A stretch of 62,880 nt of DNA, counting the filler, from Sphacelaria rigidula (taxonomy: Eukaryota), in the NCBI GenBank assembly GCA_964200075.2. It is 9 parts of 9 records of this genome, joined end to end, with 100 filler letters (N's around TTAATTAATTAA, not from the genome) between each part and the next. Parts side by side here need not be neighbours in the genome. Positions count along the whole stretch, not along the records: positions 6,999 to 13,896 come from CAXNAA020017518.1; positions 13,997 to 20,894 come from CAXNAA020017519.1; positions 20,995 to 27,892 come from CAXNAA020017520.1; 6 more parts are not named here. One strand, written 5' to 3'. The notes beneath the pieces were generated by a model. It ran no database searches and was not told where the DNA came from. It saw only the letters and a program-made list of their open reading frames with translations. Shown piece by piece: positions 12,922 to 23,575 of this stretch (its first letter is position 1; every line of letters starts with the position of its first letter). A program made the position numbers and the translations under genes.

Positions 12922-13288
12922 TGTGTGTGTGTGTTGTCATCCCATCTATTCTGCACGCCAGTCTGCACCTTTCGGTATATGTGGGCGCACCTGTTGGGGT
13001 TGCACAAAAAGAAGGCCAACACAGGAGCTATTTGTTTTTATTTGTTTTTAGTTCTCCACCATCCTTTTGCGGTGCTTGCCTTTTTTTTGGTCCAGAAAGT
13101 GATCAAGCAATCCCTTTCCCTCGTCGACAGTGAAGTCAAGTTTTGTGTACCCACGACGTAGTCGCTCTCCACTGTTGGGCGTTGTATGAAAAAAAATGTC
13201 AGATAGCGTTACTGCACTGAGATTCGAACCCACAACCCAACTTTCAGAAGGTGTCGAGGTCACCAACTGAGCCACCGGGGCGACCGGT
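12922..13288 (-). mobile_element. tRNA-derived SINE family A, full length
   Basis: Minus strand reads CCGGTCGCCCCGGTGGCTCAGTTGGT (A box), GGTTCGAATC (B box), the conserved body and a GACAACACACACAC tail. Confidence 0.88.
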
Positions 13289-13619
13289 ATACTCGTCGAA
13301 AACCACGCGTGAGACATGCGAGCGGAACACGCGTTCACTTGACCTGTCGTTGAAAGCGCGAGAGCGCCGGTAGCACAAAGGAGATTTGACGAGGGAGTCA
13401 ACGCGGTGCAAGAGAGCTGATAGAAAGCCGTGATACACCATATGAAAGTGTCGACCAAAATACCTGGGGAGACAAAGTACGAGGGTAACTCGCCCACCCA
13501 CTTTGTGACTTACGAACTCCTACGGAGAAAAATCAATCGGTTGAAGATATAACAAGAACGAGGAGAACAATGGGGGGTAAAAAAATATGAAGGAAGAAAA
13601 TGGAGGAGGACTTGCCATA

Positions 13620-13896
13620 CCTACGAGCTGGGCCGCCCAAGAAGCTCACTTTCCGTCAGTCCGTTCTCACTTACGATGTACCGCGAGTTGTGCCTAGTAT
13701 GACACATCATTGTAATCGACGAATCAGCGAGCGTCTTCAAATTCATGTAGCACTGCGATTCGAGAAGATCCCATCTAACGAAATACCAAATGGTGGTGAA
13801 GTGCGAAGCGTAAAGACTTGAGGGTAAATTTGGATTTGCGGTTACAGTCGGTTGTGCCGCGTGTTGCTGCACAAGTTGCGATCGTGCAACAACACA
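13620..13896. repeat. Dispersed repeat, inverted homolog at about 28365-28685
   Basis: GCTGGGCCGCC.AAGAA...CGCGAGTT.TGCCT..TATGA...GCGGTTACAGTCGGTTGTGCCG matches the reverse complement of contig 5 sequence. Confidence 0.7.
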
Positions 13897-15144
13897 NNNN
13901 NNNNNNNNNNNNNNNNNNNNNNNNNNNNNNNNNNNNNNNNTTAATTAATTAANNNNNNNNNNNNNNNNNNNNNNNNNNNNNNNNNNNNNNNNNNNNAGAG
14001 TCCGGGGCCGCCTGTCGGCCCCTTTTCTCTGCCCCCCTTTTCGGCTGTTTTTTTTTTTTTTGGGGGGGGGGGGTATCGTAGAAAGTATCGATCGAATAAT
14101 CGTGACTGATCAACCCAAGATTTGACAAATAATCAAATAATTAAATAATCAAATAACCAAATAAAGTAACACCAACCCAATTTTAAAGTTAGTGTTCAAC
14201 CATAGTATGAATAGCATGAATACGGACGGTGTAAATTTATACATGCGAAGATACGACTACAATAGAGCGGTGAACAATACAGCTTCAAGACACACAGCGA
14301 ACACGTACCTCGATTGAACAACCGCAGTGAACACGAAAGCCGGGTTGTAAAACGGCTGGGAGCACATACCAACACCAGGCATGGAAAATGAAGCGGTAGC
14401 ATCAACAGCAGAAGCTACAAGAGCCATAGCAGTGACACCCGCTGCAGCCATCACCAGCTGTACGGGCAGTCATGCGCATGAGCAGCGAGAGAGGTGCAAC
14501 ATCCCCTGCAGAATAAATATGTACCCCATGTATGTGTGCAGACCCGCGGTGGGACCAAGGATTGACACAAAGGAAAAGTCAATCGCTGAACATCTGCTCT
14601 CTGAAGAGAAGTGTGGCCTGAAGCCTGGAATGCGATCCCAGGAAATTTCCTGCCATGCAACAAGATAGAAAGTAATACCGAAGTGGAAATCATCTCGTCT
14701 TTTCCATGCGTACTTTACCCGCCATGTATTTTTCTATCTGCCCCTACGTTCAGACCCACAGTTGAAGAAAAATCAACTCTCCATCTAGGCGTAGTCCGTC
14801 TCGATCGAATTTTGTGTACCCATATTATATACAGCAAAATAAATATATGCTAGACACGGTACGCGTCACAAAAGTCGACGAAGAAGGCAACGGCTACCAA
14901 AAACAGGGGAAGAGCAAAGAATGCGAGAGATCGATAACACAAGGAGGAAGAAGAGGGAATCACAAAAAGAAGGGTCGGCAAGAAGTCACATATCTCCGAA
15001 TCGCTAACAAGATGCACCCTTGCTGCTTGGTGCATGATGTTCTGCATAATGAAGACGATAAAAAAAAAAATTAGATCAATGTTGGTAAAAGACCTAATAT
15101 TCTTGTGTTGCCCCATGAGCTATGACTAGCATGATCTAACGTAG

Positions 15145-15259
15145 GGGTTTGTACCGAACGCCTCGTGTTGGCATTGACTCCCGCGCTGTCGAAAAGCCAC
15201 CTACGATTATGGCGGGCGTCGGTGGCGGTGGCGGAGGATCTCATGGGCAAGGGGAAGAG
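15145..15259 (+). CDS. Possible isolated exon of an unknown gene
   Basis: CTAACGTAG acceptor and AG/GTATGC donor bound a GC-rich open stretch (VCTERLVLALTPALSKSHLRLWRASVAVAEDLMGKGK); no homology recognised. Confidence 0.3.
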
Positions 15260-16994
15260 GTATGCAGGCCAGGAAGCGATTCCTTCCGTTGGGATGTTGC
15301 GCTGCTGTCGGTGACCACTCTGTGCACGGAAAAATACGTTCTGGGGTCTCAACTTGTCAATAGTTGTTGCAATTGGGGATTAAATTTTGTTGTTTGTTGC
15401 GCCGGGGTCCGTCTTGCGCAGCGCACAGATGATGCAAGTTATGTGTATACGTCTGTATGTGTGTATATGTCTGTGTTTTTGACAATGTTATTGTTCATCA
15501 GGTGGGTAGATGCTGGCTTGTCTCTGGCAAGTGCATGGTGTTTTTTGTCTGTGCTGCGAAAGATTTGTCTTGATTTTGATCCCTGTGTCGGTTGGGCAGT
15601 CCTCGGTCATTGTTTTGCCCTATTTTGACTCTATGTTTACTCACTCTACTGTCGTCGCACAAAATGATTCTCAGCGAAATGGCAAACCGCTGCTGCCCGC
15701 TTCGGGACAACCCAAACCAACAACAGTCGGTACAGCAGTGGAGTCCTCGTGCACATTAGTCATACAAATGCAGGCTGATGCTGCGCACGGTAGAGGTAGC
15801 TCTTTCCCCAGATTGACGACTGCCATGGTGTCAGCGTGCAAAATAGTCCAATCGCCCTAGAACACTTCACCAGCTCCCTAATGCGCTGCTTCTTTATGGT
15901 GTGTTGAGCCGTTCAGACAAGCGTGAGGGTCAAGAGCAGAGCGATGCCTGCGCCCGGTGAACAAATCTCCCCACCTCCCAGAGACCAGACGCAACTCGCC
16001 ATGAATGTGAGAAAGAGACGCGTGCCACTCTAGCGCCGACTGCATTTGCGCGAGATGCGGGTCTCTAATTCCCCGATGACTCTGTACATTTGCTCGGCGC
16101 CCTTAGTCGGTGTTTCGAAGAGGGCTGGCTGCACATACACAACGAGCGTCGTCGTCGGGTTGCGTGACGTTCGCCAACATACCTGGTTTCTCGATACAAG
16201 CTACGGTATACGAATTGTGAGAGACACCACCTGCTCATGAGTTTTTGAACCTCCATTTTGTCTAGAAAACATGTAACGTCCTGCCGCCAGCAACATAGTT
16301 CCTGCAAGAATAACGGTCGGCGGTGTGGCCTCTTTTGCCTTCGCTGCAGTCTTTCGATGATGCCCGAGACTCTTCGTTTTGCGCGGGGGCGGGGGTAGAG
16401 GGGTGCTATACTCCGTCACCTTATGCAACCTCGTTAGGCAGCACCGCCAGTACTATTTCTGTAGCGCAGCTCTACAACTGAGAATGCTTGCGATTTGCAG
16501 CCACGGCCCTCTGAGGATCAGTGAGTCCGCTCGAGGTAGTGACAGCTTTGGAGAGGTCGCGGCACCTGTCGCTCCGTTAACGAAGTTTGGGGTAGCACCA
16601 TACAGTCTGTTGGTACAGGCGCTTCGTCCGACCAGCCGCCCGCGCTGCCGTTGAGGATACGGCACACCAATTAAAGAGTTGTGTAACTGACGGTAGGGGA
16701 CCGACGTAAACAGTACAGTTACAACATGTAACGTTTTTGCCGGGTGTGCGTACGAAACAATTGTCTGCGTATCACACTTCACCTGCAACATGTCCAGATG
16801 TGACTTGATCTCTCTCAGCACGGACACTACTCTTTTGCCCCGTTTTTGTTTGGTTTACAACCTTTCATGAGCTACCCTTTCTATGCCTGTACTGCTACGC
16901 AGTACGAAGAGCCATTAGTGTGGTCTGCGCCTCCCTGGTTCCATGAAGACGGGGGCAGCAGTTGGTGCCGTGCTGCTCAGCATGTCAAAAATTT

Positions 16995-17512
16995 CAAGGT
17001 TGTGTTCTGTAGGGTATGAGATTCCTTACAGAACTTACAGAACTGTCGGGTACCGGTATGAAAGTCTTTCAGAAATGTACAGAAGTTGTCGGGTACGGTA
17101 CGGGAGGCTTACGTAAAACCGGTACCGGCAATCGGGTAACTCTTCCAGGGCATACCCGCCCCTCGAGTTAGAGTAAAGTTTTTGTACAAGACTCGCGGAA
17201 CTGTCGGGTAAGGGTATGGGAGGCTTACAGAACTCACAGAAACTGTCGGGCAGGGTATGGAGGTTGCACAGAAACCGTACCCTCGACCGGGTACCTTACC
17301 AAGCGCATACCCGTGCCCCCCGGTAATGGTACAGGAGGCTTACAGAACTCACAGAACTATCGGGTACGGGTATGAAGGTTTTACAGAGTTTACAGAACTG
17401 TCGGGTCCCGGTACGGAAATCTTTCAGAGGTTACAGAACTGCCGGGTACGGTAAATACCCGGCAAAATACCCCGGGTATACAGAAAACCGTACCCTACAG
17501 AACACGACCTTG
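16995..17512. mobile_element. Non-autonomous TIR element (hAT-like ends) filled with degenerate tandem repeats
   Basis: 22-bp TIRs CAAGGTTGTGTTCTGTAGGGTA / TACCCTACAGAACACGACCTTG; interior is repeated CTTACAGAACTGTCGGGTA(C)GGTATG units. Confidence 0.82.
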
Positions 17513-18099
17513 GTATTATCATCACCTCTGTGGTGGAATGCACGTGACTACAACAGTCGCAAAATACATATTGTAGTTCACGAAAACTCTGAACAGCTTT
17601 CACGGGGTCAAGAGAGAAAGACTACTCAGACAATCGCAGTAGTACATGGAGGAGCATTCACGGCTGCGCGTTCTCTGGAAGCCCTTCGGCACAAGGCTGT
17701 CGGCGGCAGCTCATACACTCTGTGCTGTACATATCGATAACGGCCTGGGGTTTGATGACCACGACACAACCACCATCAACGTCGATGACGTGCGTCTTGC
17801 TACTTGATCCTCTGGTGTCGCAGATGAACAACCCCCGCTCGAGCCACCACTTGCGAGTCTGGGGGTGATTGATCCTCACGGTCTGCAGGGCTGATCATGT
17901 TTCGTGTGCCCACTCAGCGGTACCTCGTATCCAGTCAAATCCCGAACTGAAGAAATTTTCAACATTAAATTATTATTGGTGTGCAGTTTTGAATGAAGGA
18001 GTTCGGTGGGTTGATCGATGGGAGGTACATGTTCAGGTCATGGGGTTGTGTTTGGATTGAACATATATCCGTACCTCCCCAAGGTATATACCTGTGATC

Positions 18100-18554
18100 A
18101 TAACTGCAATCGGGTATATCTCTAGCGGTATACACGAACCCCGGGTAGGGGTATGGGAGGCTTACAGAAAATACAGAACTTGTCGGGTACGGTATAGGAG
18201 GCTTACAGAAAACCGGTACCGGCAATCGGGTATTTCTTCAAGAGCATACCCGCGCTCCGGGTACGGGTAAACATTCTGTACGGAACTCGCAGAACTGTTG
18301 GGTGAGGGTATGAAAGGCTTACAGAACTGTCGGGTAGGGTATGGAGGTTGCACAGAGAACCGTACCCGCAATTAGGTATCTTATCAAGAGCGTACCCGTG
18401 CCCCCCGGTAACGGTACGGGAGTCTTGAAGAGATAACAGAACTATCGGGTACCGGTATGATAGTCTTGCAGAAGTCGCAGAACTGTCAGGTACGGTAAAT
18501 ACCCGGGAAAATACCCCGGGTACACAGAAAACCGAACCCTACAGAACACAACCT
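18100..18554. mobile_element. Second copy of the 16995-17512 element, left end missing
   Basis: Same ACAGAACTGTCGGGTA repeats and the same right terminus ACCCTACAGAACACAACCT. Confidence 0.8.
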
Positions 18555-18591
18555 CTAACAATTTTACTTCTGTGGACAACTGAGTCTGAAT

Positions 18592-19756
18592 TAGGGTTGT
18601 ACACCGACAATAAATCAAGGATTGATTATTGACTGAATGTTGATTTGATTATCAATCATGATATTATATGGAAGATGACAACTTTCCGTTGATTGGTTGA
18701 ATACAATTGACAGCGTTGATTGGTTGATCAAAGTGTAATCAACCATGATCACAGTATTTGATTATTTTCGGGAATAAAAGAGGCGTTTGCGCTGTGTAAC
18801 GACATTTTGTTGCGCCTGCGGCGCGCGCGAGCTTACGGTAGATCCACTCAAGACGACGGTGCACGGCAAGAAGAGTAGATTCACACAACAGACCGCACGC
18901 TACACAGCACAGCAGTGTCTACGAGTGACCAAATTCTTACTAAATGGGCCCTCTACAAGGAGAAAAATGGATCGGAGGAAGATGCGGTTACCGCAGGCGG
19001 TCCTCTAGGCGGGTGGTGGTCGAAGGCGAAGCGCGTGTATCCCCATGTCACCATCCTAGCCCGCAAGTACCTTGCCGTCTAGACTTCATCAGCCGCATCC
19101 GAACGTATATTTTCGGTAGGACTTGCGGTACCTAAAACGCGCGTGGCAGACATCGTTTTCCTGCACGAGAGCATAAAACACAACCTCTGGTGGAGAGCAC
19201 TTCCACCGTGCTTTGAAATATGATCTGCTGATTCACTGTTTATTTTGGGTTTCTTCAGATACTGCTTGCAGGTCACCGGACAGGAAGGAAGTATAATATT
19301 TTGGCGTGCGTGGCTGTCATGAACGGTGCGGGTGTTTAAATTTCTGACGACCGTTCATGGTTAGTGGGCAGGACGGTACCTTACCTGTTCATCCGTCGCA
19401 CCCACAAGGCGATGTTCCTCTGTATATTGTCATGTACACTGATAAATGATATTTCAGCACCATACAAGTGGACTGGTGCATGTTGTCTTGAGTGAACGTC
19501 TTACTACAACATTATAGGTGGTGTTCAACCTGATACGGCTGTAGTGATACAAAAACAATGCCTCTGGCGTGCGCGTGTGCAGTGAACCGATGCACCATGA
19601 AATATCAATCCGTTGAGGCTCACTTGCTGCTCTGACACTTGAAAAATAACCATCTAGTAATCATGATTATTGGTTATTATCGACTAATCAACCAAGACTT
19701 GGACAAACAATCAAATAATCAAATTAACCAAATTTTGAGGTTGGTGTAAAACCCTA
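18592..19756 (+). mobile_element. Internally deleted hAT DNA transposon with transposase C-terminal dimerisation remnant
   Basis: TIRs TAGGGTTGTACACC / GGTGTAAAACCCTA; 8-bp TSD GTCTGAAT / GTTTGAAT; subterminal AATCA/TGATT repeats; 19002-19124 translates PLGGWWSKAKRVYPHVTILARKYLAV*TSSAASERIFS (Dimer_Tnp_hAT motif). Confidence 0.92.
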
Positions 19757-19817
19757 GTTTGAATTCGTTCGTCAACCGAGAATGATGCCACGTCAACGGA
19801 TGGACACCTCTCCGCGC

Positions 19818-20124
19818 TTTTTTTCTTTTCGTCGCACTTCGAACTCCTCCCCTTCTTCGGGATGAGTCTGTGGTCTCAAGTGATCCACCCACCCATTTCT
19901 ACCCCGGTACGCGCCTTGCATTTTGAACTCGCGGGTTGGGTCAGAACTCCCGCACCACGTCAACTCACCTCAAACAAACTCAGCCGACTTCTTTGTTTAC
20001 TCACGTTATCACGCTTTCCACGGTGGAAGTCAGACATTACGAAGAAAAAATCCAACGCATCGGGAATCGAACCCTCGTTCTCTCCACCCTGATGGCGACA
20101 GTCGGACCATTACACCTCCGGGGC
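19818..20124 (-). mobile_element. tRNA-derived SINE family B, full length
   Basis: Minus strand reads GCCCCGGAGGTGTAATGGT (A box), GGTTCGATTCC (B box), body and A-rich tail; homologous to 30657-30972. Confidence 0.82.
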
Positions 20125-20427
20125 GCTTACATTGTTCAGTTTCACGTGAGTAATAAACAAGGAGAGAAGACAGGTACATGAGTTTTTATTCGCCTCATAC
20201 GGTGGGCGATGTATGCTCGAGTTATGCGTATTACGTGCGTGCACGCGTGAAGGTTGAGTTGCCCACCCGCATACTGTACTGTAGGCTTTCTACAAACCTT
20301 ATAACAGCGAGCCTCCCGCAGGTGGACTGAGATGGACTATGCCACGTTTGGGGTTCAGAACAGCCCATTTTTCGCTACACGAGTTCTTCATTCACATGTG
20401 GATGTTGGGCGTTCATATAATAACACT

Positions 20428-20777
20428 CCCCGGTGGCTCAGTTGGTAACCTCGAAACCTTCTGACGCTTGGGTCGTGGGTTCAATTCTCGGAGCCATCTG
20501 GGATATTTTCTCACACCATGCCCAACAGTGGAGAGCGACTATGTCGGCGGTGCACAAAGTCGACGTAACGGTCGACGGGGGAAAGGGACTGCTGAACCCC
20601 TGTCGCGATAAAAAAATGTAAAGGCAAGCACCGCAAAAGGAAGGGGGGGAACGAAAAACAAATAAAAGATGAAAAAAACTCCTGTGTTGAACTTCCTCCC
20701 GTGTGACCCCGGCTGGTGCGCCCACATCTACCGAAATGTGTAGACCAGCGTCCAGAATAGATGGGACGACAACACAC
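20428..20777 (+). mobile_element. tRNA-derived SINE family A, full length
   Basis: CCCCGGTGGCTCAGTTGGT A box, GGTTCAATTC B box, tail CCAGAATAGATGGGACGACAACACAC. Confidence 0.88.
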
Positions 20778-20817
20778 TCCTAGAGAACCCCTGACCGATT
20801 CTATCCTGTAGTATGAG

Positions 20818-20894
20818 CCGGTCGCCCCGGTGGCTCAGTTGGTAACCTCGAAACCTTCTGACGGTTGGGTCGTGGGTTCAGTTCTCGCAGCGAT
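20818..20894 (+). mobile_element. SINE family A head, cut by contig end (tandem with previous copy)
   Basis: CCGGTCGCCCCGGTGGCTCAGTTGGTAACCTCGAAACCTTCTGACGGTTGGGTCGTGGGTTC. Confidence 0.8.
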
Positions 20895-20994
20895 NNNNNN
20901 NNNNNNNNNNNNNNNNNNNNNNNNNNNNNNNNNNNNNNTTAATTAATTAANNNNNNNNNNNNNNNNNNNNNNNNNNNNNNNNNNNNNNNNNNNN

Positions 20995-21070
20995 AAAGTG
21001 TGGGGAAAGCACTGTTTTAGGCTTGAGCCTCATCTCGAAGTTAAACCTCAATTCTCACAATTTGTTGTTC
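20995..21070. repeat. Dispersed repeat shared with 6381-6455
   Basis: AAAGTGTG.GGAAAGCACTGTTTTAGGCTTGA.CCTCATCTC..AGTTAAA.CTCAATTC.CACAATTTGTTGT occurs in both contigs. Confidence 0.75.
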
Positions 21071-22527
21071 TTTGCGTCATTTTGTTTTGATTCGTTTCTG
21101 TCTTTGTTTCTTGTTTTGTTTTCCTTCTTCTTTTCTTCTCTTTTCGCCTCGTGTTTTGTTTTTTATTTTTTTCTCGTGTTCGATGAGAATTTTCTTGGTT
21201 ATTTCTGGGTTCATCTGGCAAAGTACAAGTAAGTGACGACCGCTCCATTCCTGACCCCCGAGTCTGGAACCATGAACCTCCGCCCTCCGCGCCGTACATT
21301 CACGACCATTCTGTATACTGGAACAGTTGCCACGAGTTATTTATTTCTTCATTTGTTTTCGCTGTGCGCACCTTTTGTCTTCTTTTGAGTAATTTTTTTG
21401 TTTTTGTCTTTTCGGTCGAGAGTTTCAGGAGCGACCGCTAGATATACCTGACCCCCCCGTCTGGAATAATTGCGCTCTTGCCCAACCGCTCCGTACACGC
21501 ATACCGCCTCCCTCTTCGGGATCGGTCGTGACGTGTGTCTTTTTTGTGTGCGTACCACGTTGAATTTTATGTTAACATGGGCGATAGTAACCGAAGCCGA
21601 GTGCCTGAAATCTTTTGACCAGCTGAAACTTTTGACCCTACTCGCTTCGTACACAAGATAACCGCTCCCGTTTACGAGGATGGTTGCCACGTGTTGTTTC
21701 TTGCTTCATGTTGCTGATATTTCGTGTTTGCTGTTGCCAAGCGTGCCCCTGGTTTTTGTATTTATTTTGGTTTTGGTTTCTGCGTCTATTTCGGGAATTT
21801 CGCCATGAGTGTTCCAACGTTCCTGATCTTCGAGTCTAGAACACTTGGCCTACTTTTCTTTTCCGAGTCCTGCCGCATGTGATCGACCTCGTTTTTAGGA
21901 GGGTCACGGGTAATGCGACGCGATGATTTATACTTTGGTGATTAGTAACTTACAACGAGGTCACCACTGGCCGTGTCGTACATAGCGGTGTTGAAGAATT
22001 GTCATTGAAGTCGCGGTATAATCGGTTGCAAACGTCTCCTCATAATGGACCATTACGTATCATGATAAGGTAGATTGCTCTTCCGGTACTGTCCGTTCCG
22101 CCATGTCGATATTCGACCATTGGTACAGCCTACAGGCTCAGAGTCCGCCACTCGCTATTTTTTTCTGTCACTTTTACCAGTTTTTTGCGTACGGTTACCC
22201 GCCCCTGAAATCGGCGGGTGGTGTTTTGTTTTCATCAGGGATTATTGGACGAAGTAACGTGACGGTACGACTGGCTGTGGTTTTCACTCCAGTTTGTGTT
22301 CGGGCCAGTCTCGTTTTAGTCCGAACGGGCAAATACTGTGAGGAGTGGGCTACGTTGGTCCTCTCTGTCCTGTGTATTTGTCGTGGTTCAGAAATGTGTT
22401 GGACGATCCGCCTCAGAACTACGTAGTGCATTGACTCCACTACGTTTCTTTTGACGTGTACGGACACCTGACCTCACAAACCGGTCGGTTGTTTTCGTAT
22501 CTCGTCGTGAGGAAAAACAAAAAAAAT

Positions 22528-22664
22528 TATGATCTCAAATACTCTACTCGAATGATTGAGTAGGTTGAGTACGACCTCAAATACTCTACTCAGACTTCGA
22601 GTGCCTCAAGTATGACTCTTCAAAAATACTGAGTATTTAGTAAACTCTACTCGACCTACCCTTG
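22528..22664. mobile_element. Right-end fragment of the 28774-30044 TIR element family
   Basis: TCAAATACTCTACTC units ending in TACTCGACCTACCCTTG. Confidence 0.8.
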
Positions 22665-23217
22665 GGTGACTGCGAGCCTGGTCCGGCGACACCCCCGCGT
22701 GATCCTTCGCGGCTTTGCAAGGATGCGAGGTCAATGGTCATTTGACTACGGCATGCAACGTCATGAATACATCCCCCCGCGCGCCTTCACGGGCCTTGTC
22801 GTACTGTATCTCCTTTGGCGAGAAGACGTGTGAAGAGGCTTGGTAGAGATAGGCTTTTCCCCCCGCTAGCGGTGAGGATCATTTGTGGGCAACCTTCTAC
22901 ACGTCTGTCGTGCGTGTGTTGGTTTCCCAAACCAACACTCTCCCCCCAAGACTTTCCCGTGAGTTTGTGAACCGGAGATGCTGCTCGCTAATCGCCCACC
23001 AGTTTTATCATTCCCAACCAATTTTATGGCTTGTGTTGCCCGCTTGATTTGGGGGAATCATCTCCGTCTCGTTGCGCTGGTACGAGTCAGTATTCGAGTG
23101 TGAGACCCTCTGTTCATGAAGCATGCAGTCCATCTCATCGTGCCGCCAATTTGAAGAGGTGATTGGTTCCCACAGATTCTCATGGGAATTTCTCCCGTTT
23201 GTCGAGATGATCGATGG

Positions 23218-23575
23218 GCCCGGTGGCTCAGTTGGTAACTTGTCAATCTTCGGACGTTCGGGTCGTGGGTTCGAATCTCGGAGAGATTTGATATTTTATC
23301 CCACACCATGCCCAACAGTGGAGAGCGACGATGTCGTGGGTACACCAAAATCGACTTCATGGTCGACGAGGGAAAGGGGGTGCTGAACCTCTCGCGATAA
23401 AAAAAAAGGCAAGCACCGCAGAAGGAAGGTTGGGTTACGAAGAAAAAAGAAAGAAAAAACTCCTGTGTTGACCTTCCTCCTGTGTAACCCCGGCTGGTGC
23501 GCCCACATATACCGAAAGGTGTAGACCGGCGTCCAGAATAGATGGGACGACAACACACAACAACACAACACACAT
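23218..23575 (+). mobile_element. tRNA-derived SINE family A, full length
   Basis: GCCCGGTGGCTCAGTTGGT A box, GGTTCGAATC B box, conserved body, (ACAAC/AC)n tail. Confidence 0.88.

Noticed and set aside
20428..20510. Genuine tRNA genes at SINE heads
   Set aside because: No matching acceptor-stem 3' half; every copy continues into the same non-tRNA body of 250-280 bp.
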